Positions 1-12,100 of a stretch of 64,000 bases of DNA are shown here, one piece after another. The translations under genes and the position numbers were made by a program. Positions within the stretch are counted from its first letter, which is position 1; each line of letters starts with the position of its first letter. Source of the DNA: Azolla caroliniana (taxonomy: Eukaryota; Plantae; Polypodiophyta); contig JBHGNT010000011.1 in the NCBI GenBank assembly GCA_043228905.1, positions 11,284,001 to 11,348,000 on the forward strand, written 5' to 3'. The notes under the pieces were generated by a model. The model worked only from the letters and a program-made list of their open reading frames with translations, searched no databases and had not been told where the DNA came from.

Positions 1-750
1 TGATGTTCGCGTTCCAGGCACGTGGGGCTTGCTTGAGTCCGTAGAGGGACTTCTTCAATTGGCACACAACCAATGTGTTCACTTCGGACTGAAATCCGGG
101 GGGCCGAACCATATACACATGTGCCTCAAGATCACCTTGCAGGAACACATTTTTCACATCCATCTGATGTAGATGCCACCCCTTCGCCACTGCCACCGCA
201 AGCAAGACATAGATGGTCATCATCTTCACGACGGACGCGAACATCTCATCATAATCAATGCATGTTGCTGCGCGTAGCCCTTGGCCACTAATTGGGCCTT
301 GTATTGGTTGATGGAGCCGTCAGTGTTGTATTTGACCTTGTATACCCACCAACAACCGATCGACTACACTCCTTCGGTACGTCCACTAAGTCCTGCCTCT
401 CATTTTCCGTGAGTGCATGCATCTCTTCCTCCATAGCAGCACACCAATTTGCGTCCTTTGCCGCTTCTGCTTAGTTCTCTGGCTGACGCACTATTGCCAC
501 CTTCACCATGTACGCATAATGATGCGCCATATACTAATTGTACCCATAGCTCTTCTTGGGGTTTTGCTGGTGGGTGGATCAACACAATTCTTGATTCGCC
601 GATTTTGCGGCCCTCTTGGCCAACACAAACTTCTCTTTCGTAGGTCCATCTCTGTTTTATCCGGAGTTGAATTCGCTGAGGTCCGACTCATCTATGCCAA
701 CATCGTACTCCGACATCTTCTTCTTCCTCTTTTCTTTGCCCGTGAACCGT
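1..750 (-). mobile_element. Ty1/Copia element A, RT and integrase-RT linker fragment (degenerate; continues at 7965-8868)
   Basis: Minus strand reads [14 protein letters not shown] and [15 protein letters not shown] (Copia RT motifs) with stops/frameshifts. It is interrupted at 750 by a Gypsy element. Confidence 0.9.
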
Positions 751-1514
751 TGTCGTAGTGTAGGTTGCACACTATGTGGAAATTATATTTTTGTTCCTCC
801 GGATAGAGAATGGAGTGCTCGGTGAGAACCGGAAGAAAATGGCATACTGGCAAGGAAGAGCCGGATAAAGAGACATAAATGTAAAAAAAAAAAGGGAAAT
901 ACTCACTACTGCTCAAGGCGTGATTCGAACTCTGCACCTCCACGTTGACAAACCCCAACCTTACCATTACATTAACTTATCTTAAGTGTTTTAAATATAG
1001 ATTTAATACGTATAAGACCTTTATTTATGCATACCTTTATTAAAAGGTAAATCGTGTATTTTTTAATATATGAAAAAGAAAAAACACGAGACACTAAAAA
1101 TAACTCATGCACATCTAGCGTGCATGAGCCCTATACTTAGGAAATAAAAAAGCATCACATGCACATTTAGTGGACATGAACACTTTTTGTAAAAAAAAAA
1201 ACATGAAGCCATGCTTAGCTCTTCTTTCCTTATATAAGGAGGAGAGAAATATGTAAAGGGTTGTTGATTATTTGGATTAAGTATTAATTAATACAAAAAT
1301 TATTCGTGGGATTCACGATTTATACATCTACTTCTCTCTTAACACCCTAAGTACCAATTAATATAGTATACTCGTGTGATTCACGAGTTTCTTATCTTTC
1401 TCTTTGCTATTTACTCATAATTAATCTCTATCTCACGAACTTCTTTCTCCTAGTCCAAGACCTCTGTGGTTCCCACCCGACTCACGCAACGATCCGGAGC
1501 CGAAAGGCACGACA
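751..1514 (+). repeat. 5' LTR of Gypsy-1
   Basis: Direct repeat of 7179-7964, differing mainly by a ~21-bp tandem duplication and a few substitutions; TG...CA ends; TATATAA at ~1231. Confidence 0.97.
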
Positions 1515-1518
1515 CAGT

Positions 1519-1535
1519 TGGTGAACCCGACGTGA
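1519..1535 (+). promoter_or_regulatory. Primer-binding site complementary to the 3' end of tRNA-Trp
   Basis: TGGTGAACCCGACGTGA is the reverse complement of TCACGTCGGGTTCACCA, the plant tRNA-Trp 3' end as recalled. The same PBS occurs at ~20990-21006 (-), 25351-25367 (+) and ~31490-31506 (-). Confidence 0.85.
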
Positions 1536-1552
1536 AGACGGGTGGCAAGGAG

Positions 1553-3589
1553 ATGGAGGCTCAACAAGCTAACAATATGATGGCGATGTTCGAACGGATG
1601 CTTCAAGAACAACGCACGATGTCAGAGATTTCGGCATCAGTAGAGCGGCTCGTGCAACGCAACGAGCAATTTAATGGTAAGGATGTGTCGCGATATTTGC
1701 AGAACTACAAGGCGGAGATGCTCCGGTGCCGGGCTTCGGAAGGACTGCAAGTGACATCCTTTAACCGGGTGGCGACCGACGGGCTTCAAGGGAGTATCCA
1801 CGGGTTGGAACAACAAAATCCGACGTGGGAAGCATTCGAAGAGGCGTTAAAGACCACGTTTGCCATCGAGGACTCCTCCAAGGCAACGCGGAGGGGATTC
1901 GAGGATTGGGTGGAAACGTCAGGTAAGGGGCTGAAGGTCCTCGAAGTGTTTTCGACATTCGAAAGTCGGTTCGGGAGGTTGTCCGCGAGAGATCAAACTA
2001 TTCTTGCACCGGACAAAGTCATCATGTTTTTGCGAGCTGTGGACGTCCGGGACCGGAAAGATCTCGGAGTGCTTCTTGAGGACACGACCACCGAAAGCGG
2101 CCTCACCGAAACATGGGAAAGCGTGCGGGATATCGTCGCGCGGTACACGAAGAGGGGGCAATGGCTTGCCAACGAAGAAAAGAGGGTTTCAGAACCGATT
2201 CCGAAACCGAGAACGGGACTGGAAGACCATCAACCGAGGGCTCGGGAGATTACGGCCGAGAAGGGAGTCGACGCGTCTACGGTGGAGCAGCTGCTGAAGG
2301 AGATGGAGAATCTAAAGATCGCGATGGTGAAGAAGTCGGATGACCGCCCCACAAGCTCCAAATATACGGATCGACGGTGCATATGGTGCGATAGCGCCGA
2401 ACACGATTGGAGGGATTGCGACGACCATAAGGAGGCGCTACGACGGGATCTCATCTACTACGAGGGAAACCGGATTCATTCGATGGACTCTCGGAAGCCA
2501 CTCCGACCGAACTTCCGGAAAGGCGGCATGAAGAAGGTGCTCGAGGAGGAGTTAGCGGCAAGAAGCAACTATGCGACAACCGCGGGAATATGTGTCGGGG
2601 AGTCATCGGGAGCGAAGGCGTCTTTCTGGCCGGAGGTGCTAGGAAACACCGAGAAAACCGACTCCAACGATATCCGAAACACTGCGGAAGGCGTCCGGGA
2701 AGCTACGGGATGGGAGTGTCCTGTCGACAAGAATAGCATATACGCCCTGTGTCAATTACATGAGGTGTATGTGGACGAGAAACGACGGCGCATGGAGGAT
2801 GCGGCCGGACCATCGAAGATACCGGAAAGCTGGAACTCCGGAGGTAAGGGAAAAGAAAAGGCGACTCCGGCATTCAAGCTCGCCTCGGACATAGAACAAC
2901 AAACCGACTTGAAAAGAGTGTTCGAGGAAAGAATCTTGGATAGCCGGGTAGATTTTTCGCTGCGGGAACTACTCGGAATAGCGAAGGAGTTTCACGATCT
3001 TCTCGTGGATCTCGTGAAAAGGAAGAGACAAAGTACGGAGGAAAATGCTCCAAGGGTGAATGCAAATACCGTTTCAATGAACGACACCGAAGTGGAAGGC
3101 GAAATTCCAAACTCCCACTATACAAGGCCACACTGGGCACGTGCGACTACGGAGACTCCGGTCCGAATCGGCAACATCAAAGAACCCGTGCTAGCATTGA
3201 TTGATCACGGATCGGAGATCAACTTGATGTCCAAGGAGTTCTATCGAAAGGGGAAGTGGCCTATAAACACCAACCATGGATGGAAGATTCGGGCAGCCAC
3301 GAAAACGACAGAAGACCTATTTGCGGCTTGTCCGGATGTGACGGTAAAGATCGGGGATGTCGAAATTGACCAAAATTTCTTTGTGCAGGATGAGGTTTCA
3401 CATTCTGTCATCCTCGGCCAACCCTTTATCACGGCTTCACGGATGGAGACGAAGGTGCTCGATAGTGGTGCGGCTTTTGCGCGAATTCGGAGCCAAAACG
3501 GAGGGAAATCCGTCCAATTCCTAACGGTGCCGGCAAATCACGAAAGGAACAAGAGGGAACTCTTGTCCCAAGTGAGAATGGATTTTTAA
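1553..3589 (+). CDS. gag: Gag-aspartic protease polyprotein of Gypsy-1
   Basis: Intact ORF (track start at 1466 lies in the LTR; first ATG after the PBS is 1553). Zinc knuckle CIWCDSAEHDWRDC; protease motif ALIDHGSEINLM. Confidence 0.92.
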   Translation: MEAQQANNMMAMFERMLQEQRTMSEISASVERLVQRNEQFNGKDVSRYLQNYKAEMLRCRASEGLQVTSFNRVATDGLQGSIHGLEQQNPTWEAFEEALKTTFAIEDSSKATRRGFEDWVETSGKGLKVLEVFSTFESRFGRLSARDQTILAPDKVIMFLRAVDVRDRKDLGVLLEDTTTESGLTETWESVRDIVARYTKRGQWLANEEKRVSEPIPKPRTGLEDHQPRAREITAEKGVDASTVEQLLKEMENLKIAMVKKSDDRPTSSKYTDRRCIWCDSAEHDWRDCDDHKEALRRDLIYYEGNRIHSMDSRKPLRPNFRKGGMKKVLEEELAARSNYATTAGICVGESSGAKASFWPEVLGNTEKTDSNDIRNTAEGVREATGWECPVDKNSIYALCQLHEVYVDEKRRRMEDAAGPSKIPESWNSGGKGKEKATPAFKLASDIEQQTDLKRVFEERILDSRVDFSLRELLGIAKEFHDLLVDLVKRKRQSTEENAPRVNANTVSMNDTEVEGEIPNSHYTRPHWARATTETPVRIGNIKEPVLALIDHGSEINLMSKEFYRKGKWPINTNHGWKIRAATKTTEDLFAACPDVTVKIGDVEIDQNFFVQDEVSHSVILGQPFITASRMETKVLDSGAAFARIRSQNGGKSVQFLTVPANHERNKRELLSQVRMDF

Positions 3590-6500
3590 AGCGGACTGTT
3601 GCGGAGTGGGGAAGTGATAGTCCGAGAAGCGCTGATACCCCACACAGGAAGAAAACTCTCGGAGCAAAACAAGTACGAATCGGCCCGGATGGGGCATCTA
3701 CGTACACGGCCGTAACCGGAGGAATGAAGAAACAATACCGACAAGTGGAGGATAAGTTACGGTCGGCATCAATAATAAAAGAAGACGAAGAAATCGTGGG
3801 AGTGATCGAGGAAGTGTTCTATGGGAATACACTACAACGGCTTGAAGAGCTTGCGGAAGATAAAAGCCAAGGGAACCAGGTAGTCCCGGTGGAATCGGTC
3901 GAGATGTACGAGATCGTTGCGAAAATGGGGCTGGATGCGCTCCGCAAAGAAGAAGCAATGGTAAGTACGAAATACAAGACCGTGGAGAAGAAGGTGAAAC
4001 CGGCCGCGGGACCACTACCCGCCGATAGCGAACAAAAGAAGAAAGAAGTCTCGGGAGATCTGACACTTCGGAAGTCCGTGGATATCGGACATGCCTTCAC
4101 AGATGAGACCCGGAAGAAACTTCGGATCGGTGGAGGTGGTTTCCTCTTACAAGAAGAAGAAAAACGGTTTCGAGAGATGTTGGAGCAACATGGCAAAGCA
4201 TTCGCGTTCACATCGAGGGAGATCGGATGCATTGATCCAAAGATAGTGGAGCCGATGGTGATTTTCACGATTGATCATGTACCGTGGAACCTTAAGCCGA
4301 TTCCGGTGCCACGGGCGCATATTCCGAAAGTCATCGACTTGCTCAAGGAGAAGGTGGCGATGGGGATTCTAGAGCCATCAAGTGCTCCGTACTCAAATCG
4401 ATGGTTTACGGTTCCGAAGAAGAATGGGTCACTCCGATTCATCCAAGACTTGCAACCGGTGAACAAGGTCACGATCCGGAACTCGGAAGTCGGTCCGATA
4501 GTGGACGAATTCGCGGAAGCTTTTGCCGGACGTGCGATATACTCCATCGGGGACCTATACTCGGGGTATGACCAATTCCAACTAGCCGTGGAGAGCCGAG
4601 ACATCACTACCATGCGGACACCGATAGGACTAGTTCGAATGTGCACACTACCACAAGGAGCGACAAACTCGGTTGCACATATGATGAACGCGATGAACAA
4701 GGTGCTTCGAGATTGCATCCCGGAGATAACGATGCCGTTTCTAGATGACATTCCGATGAAAGGATGCGCGGTGGAAGAAAAAGATGAGACTATGGATGAT
4801 CGGGGATGCCGAAAGTTCGTGATCGACCATATTCATGATTGCGAGAAAGTGTTGCGAAAGCTAGAAGATGTGCACCTAACACTTTCCGGGGAGAAATCGG
4901 CATTCGGGCAAGAAGAAATATTGGTGGTCGGACATCTATGTGGACCCTACGGCCGAAGACCGTCACCAACAAAGATCGATGCGATTCAAGCTATGAAGGA
5001 AGTATGTGAGTCAACATCGGAAGTCCGAAGGTTTCTGGGTGCGTGTGCATTCTATCACATATGGATTCCGCACTATGCACATATAGCGGACCCGCTCTAT
5101 CACTTGTTGCGGAAAGGTAAGAAATTCGAGTGGAAACCGGAACACACTAAAGCCATGAGGAAGCTCAAGAAGACACTATGGAGGGCGGAATCACTTAAGA
5201 AGCCAAGCTACGAGCGGCCAATCATAGTAACGGTTGATACAAGTCCAACCGGTATCGGGTGGGTCATCAATCAAGCCGACTCGGATGGTTCGCGGTATCC
5301 GATCCGATTTGGAGCAAAGGTCCTCAACGAAAGGCAACGCGGATATGCACAAGTCAAAAGAGAATTGTGGGGAGTCGTGTCGGCGATAAAATCGGATCGG
5401 GATTATTTGATCGGAGCTGAAGTGGTGATCGAGACGGATTGTCTTCCGATACTCGGGATGATGCGGTGTTGTACGATACCAGATGTGGCTATGCTAAGGT
5501 GGATTGCATATGTCAAGTCACTTAATCCGGAGGTTCGACACATCTCGGGGAAGGACAACGCGGTAGCGGACATGTTATCGAGGGCGCGGTTTGAAGACGA
5601 CATAACCGAATCAGATAATGAAGAAGTTTCCGAAGACTACTTCACGTCAGAACACATATGCCGAGTGAACGTGATCCGAGAATTCCGGGAAGAAGAATAC
5701 GAGGGGAAAACCTTGATGATCGGAAAGATGCTACAAGAGGTCGAGGATTCAACCAATGATAAAGAAAGGAGAGCCGAGATCCGAAGGAAGAAGAGGCAAG
5801 TCCAAAAGTTCTTCTTGGAAAACGGTTTAATATGGAGGACGCCGAAAAGACCGGATGGGATACCACTTCGAGTAGTCGGGACGAAAGAGCAACGAAACCG
5901 GATAATGTCCGAGTTCCACGAATCCGATTGGGCTGGACATCGAGGAACATGGGCAACTTTTGTGAAAATCAAGCAAAGATATTGGTGGAAGAACATGTAT
6001 AAAGATGTCGCGGAGTTCACAAAAAGCTGCGAGAAATGTTAAGTCTACTCCGGGGTCCGACACCGAGATGAGCTGCATCCGACATTCTCACCGACAATCA
6101 ACTTCAAGTGGATGGTCGACATTGTAGCTATGCCGATCGGGATTGGACAAAAGAAATACTTGGTGTTAGCTCGAGAAGATCTCACAAACCAAGTTGAAGG
6201 TCGAGCGCTTCGGAGGAAAACGTGTGCCGCGGTGTGCCAATTTCTTTTGGAAGAAGTGTTTTGTAGGTACGGCTGCGTAGGACAAGTGATTGCGGACCGG
6301 GGAGAACTCGACTCGGACAAAGCTAGGGGATTCTTCGCCAAACATGGAGTTCGGTTAACGTTGACAACGGCCTACAATCCGGAGGCCAACGGGAAGATCG
6401 AACGAGGACATAGTCCGATCGTGAAAGCACTTGCGAAGGCATGCGACGGAAGGGTGAAGGATTGGCCACAAATGCTTCCGTATGCACTATGGGCGGATCG

Positions 6501-7191
6501 GACGACGCATAACTCCGTGACCGGTTACATGCCGGCAGAACTCATGACCGGACAAGCACCGGTAATGCCAACGGAAACCGCAATCGCGACATGGACAATA
6601 CTACCGTGGAAGGAAGAGATGAGCCGGGAAGAACTACTAGCGGTCCGGATACGACAACTAGAGGGAAGACCGAAAGATGTAGCGGAAGCGTCACGCCGAC
6701 AACAAGAAGCACGGTTCCGGAACAAAAGCCGGTTCGACACAAAGCACCGACTACGACCGAGGAGGATTGAAGAAGGAGATTGGGTGATCGTCTATGATAG
6801 TAGCTTGGACCATCAACATACAACGATGCGGAAATTCGCGAAAAGGTGGTTCGGGCCGTACGAGGTTCGGAAGGTCTTCGACAACGGGACGTACCGACTG
6901 TCCGAGTTGGATGGAACAATACTACGAGTGCCTATGGCCGGGAAGCGGGTGAAGATTTTCAAGAAGCGGACCGACGACAAACCTTATGTGATCCAAGTCG
7001 AGGCCGACAACGAGGAGCAATCGGACGAAGACCACAATGATGCGGGAAGCGAAGAAAGTGGATTACAACTCATAGTCGACATAAGGGGAGAATCGGAGGA
7101 AGCTTCGGATGAAGACGGATACGAAGAATCAAGAACTTCGGCACATACCGGAGGATGTGCGGGTTTGGAGGGGGCGAGTGTCGTAGTGTAG
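3580..7191 (+). pseudogene. pol: Pol (RT-RNase H-integrase) of Gypsy-1, in the -1 frame relative to gag, one premature TAA at 6040-6042
   Basis: RT motifs LPQGATNS/FLDDI, RNase H (VDTSP, DMLSR), integrase HHCC and DDE core. ORFs 3724-6042 and 6112-7191 are in frame, and the frame is open back to the GGATTTT site at 3580. Confidence 0.92.
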
Positions 7192-7964
7192 GTTGCACAC
7201 TATGTGGAAATTATATTTTTGTTCCTCCGGATAGAGAATGGAGTGCTCGGTGAGAACCGGAAGAAAACGGCATACCGGCAAGGAAGAAAACGGCATACCG
7301 GCAAGGAAGAGCCGGATAAAGAGACATAAATGTAAAAAAAAAAGGGAAATACTCACTACTGCGCAAGGCGTGATTCGAACTCTACACCTCCACGTTGACA
7401 AACCCCAACCTTACCATTACATTAACTTATCTTAAGTGTTTTAAATATAGATTTAATACGTATAAGACCTTTATTTATGCATACCTTTATTAAAAGGTAA
7501 ATCGTGTATTTTTTAATATATGAAAAAGAAAAAACACGAGACACTAAAAATAACTCATGCACATCTAGCGTGCATGAGCCCTATACTTAGGAAATAAAAA
7601 AGCATCACATGCACATTTAGTGGACATGAACACTTTTTGTAAAAAAAAAAGCATGAAGCCATGCTTAGCTCTTCTTTCCTTATATAAGGAGGAGAGAAAT
7701 ATGTAAAGGGTTGTTGATTATTTGGATTAAGTATTAATTAATACAAAAATTATTCGTGGGATTCACGATTTATACATCTACTTCTCTCTTAACACCCTAA
7801 GTACCAATTAATATAGTATACTCGTGTGATTCACGAGTTTCTTATCTTTCTCTTTGCTATTTACTCATAATTAATCTCTATCTCACGAACTTCTTTCTCC
7901 TAGTCCAAGACCTCTGTGGTTCCCACCCGACTCACGCAACGATCCAGAGCCGAAAGGCACGACA
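7179..7964 (+). repeat. 3' LTR of Gypsy-1
   Basis: Direct repeat of 751-1514; followed by the TSD CCGT. Confidence 0.97.
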
Positions 7965-8868
7965 CCGTCTCCTCGGTTCCTTGTGTGGGGAGAGCATGGC
8001 CGAGTCTTCACTACTCGTTGGCTCATCATCTGGTTGACAACTCCGGATTTAGTCCACTCATCCGGAGAGAAGTCGGACTATCCGGCTATTTGGATTTTGT
8101 GACACTTCTCTTTGTTCCGGATTCCACCAGATCATCTACAACAACTGGCTCAGGCTCGGGTGGAGAGAAGTACTAGGATGATGATTCATCGAAAATGACA
8201 TCTCGACTGACTCGACCTCTTTCGATCGGGGGTTATAACACTTATAACCCTTCCGTTCATCTGAGTAGCTGACGAGAATGCATGTTTTGACTCTCGAGAA
8301 TGCACATATGCAATGCTACCGAACAACTGAAGGTGTGCCAAATTTGGCTTCCGCTCGAAATACAATTTGTGAAGCGACACCTTTATCCTTGAGGAAGATA
8401 TCCGATTCTAGATGTAGACGGCTGTCTGAATTGCTTCAACCCAATAAAACTTGGGCATGCTTTTCTCCTCAAGCATTGCCCTTGCCGCTTCTACCAGCAT
8501 CTTGTTCCAATGCTCGGCCACGCGGTTCTGCTCTGGCGTGTATCTGTAGGAGAACTCGCGTTAGATTCCCTTCGTCTGCAAGTCAAATGTGAAATGGCCG
8601 GAAAGTAATTCTTTTCCGCCATCCGATCTTAGACACTTGATCTTTCTTCCGGTTTCACGTTCGAGAAGGTTCTTCAAATCCTTGAAACATGAGAAGACTT
8701 TGCTTTTCTTCTTGATTAAATAGATCCAAGTGTGTCGGGTGAAATCGTCGATGAAGGAGACGAAATACCGACTCCCACCGATACTCACGTTCTGTACTGG
8801 TTCCCACACATCTGAATGGATGAGATCAAGCCTATTCCAGCTCCGATTCTTCTCATTGGGAACAAAAG
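7965..8868 (-). mobile_element. Copia element A, integrase fragment
   Basis: LIHSDVW...YFVSFIDDFTR...CLRSDGGKE; continuous with 1-750 once Gypsy-1 is removed. Confidence 0.88.
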
Positions 8869-9100
8869 TGTGCAGAAATGACACTCGTCTACAACCGAGT
8901 CTTCAAGAAGGAATAGAAGAGAACAAACTAAAACAGAGATGACACAAGATGTTTACATGGGAAACCCTAAATGGGAAAAACTACGGGAGCCCACAGACTC
9001 CAACTATCACTATAAGGGGAGGATTACAATGTGCGACTTAGAGGCAATGACCTCAAGCTTTATGTCTTCGCCAACCGACGGTTACAACAGAAAACTCATC

Positions 9101-9136
<36 letters not shown>

Positions 9137-12100
9137 CACGCTCTGTGTACAATGATGATACAACAACTACTCACACCACTTATGTGATTGCCCTAAGTCA
9201 TATTTATACTTAGATGACTTTTGGGCTATTTACAAATATAGCCTCACAAATATAGCCTCAGTGGGCTTATCCTAACATATTTACAAATATGTCCTTGGAT
9301 CCGGTTCACACCGGATCCATCCGGATTCACTGGTTCCAGTTTCTGGATCTTATCTGGAACCCTTTCGAATCTGGCTTCTTCATCCGCCTCGTCCGATCTG
9401 GTTCGTCCAATTCTCATCCGGAGGGACCGAATTCCCAACAAACTACCCCTTCACTCTAACATGGGATTTCTCATTAATACGATCTGTCTTCCGCATGCGT
9501 CCAACTTGTCAGTTGGAAGCACCTTGGTCAGCATATCCGATCCGTTCTTCTTCGTGTGGATATTCATCAGCACGAAGTCTTGATCTTCTACCTTCTCCCG
9601 AAACTAGTGATATCTCCTCTAAATGTGCTTGGTTTGGGAATGGTAGGCCGCATTCTTCCCAAGGTGGATGACACTTTGACTTCCCAAGGTGGATGACACT
9701 TTGCAACGGACTTCTGCAGCCTCGACTGCCATGATACAGCTCCCCCTGCATAAGTCATCACATATCTAGATGTAGACCGATTGGTATCCAAATCAACTGA
9801 CATATCCAAATCCGTGAATCCGTCAAGTTGGGGTTTACCGGAGCTAAACCAGAGGCACATACTCGAGGTGCCTTTCAAATACCGGAGTATCTACTTGACC
9901 GTGTTCCAGTGCTCTCTTCTCAGATTGCTCATGAACTGGCTGACTACTCCGACAACATATGTAATATCTGGCCGGGTGCACACCATTGCATACATTAAGC
10001 TTCCGACGGTAGATGCATATGGTATCTTCGTCATATCCGACTTCTCTGCCTTTGTCTTCGGGCTTTGCTTTCCGGATAGCTTGCAGTTTGTTGGGACTGT
10101 CGATCCGACCGGTTTTGCATCCGACATGTTGAACCGTTGAAGCACCTTTGTCACGTACTTTTCTTGTGACAACCACAATAACTTCTTCTTCCGGTCCCGG
10201 ATGATGTGCATCCCTAAGATTTGTCTTGCCAGACCTAGATCTTTCATGGAGAAGGTTCGTTTTAGAGCCTTCTTCAGCATTCAGATCTTGATTTGGTCTC
10301 GTTCGATGATCGACATGTCGTCCACATAAAGCAGGAGTATCAAGAAGTCGCCTCCATCAAATTTCTTCACAAAAATGCAGTGGTCCGCTTGCGTCTTGTG
10401 GTCCCCTTGGTCGGTCATGAAGGAGTCGAACTTCCGGTACCATTGTCGGGGGCCTTGCGTCAATTCGTATAAGCTCTTCTTTAGCCAACATACCAGGTGC
10501 TCCTTCCCTTTCCTCTCAAATCCTTTCGGTTGATGCATGTAGATATCTTCTTCGAGGTCGCCATGTAGGAATGTCGTCTTGACGTCCAGTTACTCTACCT
10601 CAAGGTCCATCCGCTATGCTCAATACCGTCCGGATGGATGTCATCTTTACTACCGGGGCAAAGATCTCATCGAAATCCACACCTTTCTTCTACTGAAAAC
10701 CCTTCACCATGATCCGAGACTTGGACCTAGGTGGACTTCCGGCGTCTCTCGGTTTCAGCTTGTACACCCACTTATTCTGAAGTGCTCTCTTTCCTTTCGG
10801 CAGCTCCGACAATTCATATGTGTGGTTCTCATGTAGGGAATCCATCTCGTCGTGCATGGCACTTAACCACTTGCGGTTATGGGTGTCCTTCTTTGCTTCT
10901 TCAAAGCTTTTCGACTCCCCCTTGTTGGTCAACAATACGTGCTCTGCATCCGGAAATCTCCGGGGGTCTCTTCTCTCTCGGAGAGGATATCTCCGACCTT
11001 GGTTTTCCGCAACCGGTTCGTCCGTCTGTTTCGAATCCGAATCGGATTCAGGATATTGTCCAGTTCCGGTGCCTTCTTCTTCTTCAGTTGGTTCGGTTTC
11101 TCGTCCGAATTTGGCCGGTTCCTCGAGTGTCATCTGGCTTCCAGCTAACATTCGATTTTCAACCGGGTAAGTACTTGTGTCCTCAAGCCGGTTTTCATTG
11201 GATGATCCGGAGTTCATCACCTTCTTCTCCGAGTCCCAGTTGGCAATGGTCTTCTCTTCCAGGAAGACTATATCCCGACTCCGGAACACCTTATTGTCGA
11301 CTAGATCCCACACTTGATAACCAAACTCATCATCGCCGTATCCAAGGAATATGTAGGGCTGGGATTTCAGATCCGAGTTTGCTCTCTTGTGTTAGGAAAC
11401 ATGTCCCTCCGGATGGGAAGTGAGAAGAACAATACTGATGAGCAAACTCGGCCGAGGCCGAAACCGGATGTGGTGTATCCGGCAAGCGCCGGATGACAAG
11501 TACCCGACAACGGAAGACCCGGTGAGAACTAGATGACATGTGCCCGGCAAGCGCCGGATGATGCAGGCCCGATGAGGAGTGCTCACCGGATGAAGGGACA
11601 TATTCGCAAATATGTTTCTGAGAGTCCATCGGGGCTATATTTGTAAATAGCCGGAAATTCATATTAGTATAAATATGACTTAGGGCAAACTTAATGTAAT
11701 GTTGTTGTCATTCTTGTTGGCGCAAGACTAGTGAGCGCGTAACAGTGTACAGAGAGTGAGAGAGAGAGAGAGAGAGAGGTCGTTGCCTCTGTTGTAACCG
11801 CCGCCTGTGGCGAAGATAGAAAGCTCGAGGTCGTTGCTTCGGTGCTTTACCATTTGTACATTCTGACATAGTGATAGTTTGCAGTCTGTGGGCTGCCGTG
11901 GTTTTTTCCCTAGTTTGGGTTTTTCCACGTTAACATCCTGTGTTCTCTTCTCTCCATTGTGTCGTGCATTCATTCCCGTTTTTTTTGTGTTTTGATTCTA
12001 AGCTCGGTTGTGGCCGAACGTTGTTCATCGGGAGCGTGTGTTGCTGTCATCTTGTCCTTTGCGACATGCACATATGCGAGACAACCAAACACCTTTAGAT

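Larger units (their letters stand above)
751..7964 (+). mobile_element. Full-length Ty3/Gypsy LTR retrotransposon (Gypsy-1, tRNA-Trp primed), young
   Basis: Near-identical LTRs 751-1514 and 7179-7964 (TGTCG...CGACA), 4-bp TSD CCGT, PBS, gag-PR then RT-RH-INT order, PPT GGAGGGGGCGAG before the 3' LTR. Confidence 0.97.

Noticed and set aside
910-978. Functional tRNA gene
   Set aside because: A/B-box-like motifs are present but there is no proper acceptor or anticodon stem; reported only as a tRNA-like module.
1460-1514. Hammerhead ribozyme in the LTR
   Set aside because: GAAA is present but the CUGANGA core is absent.
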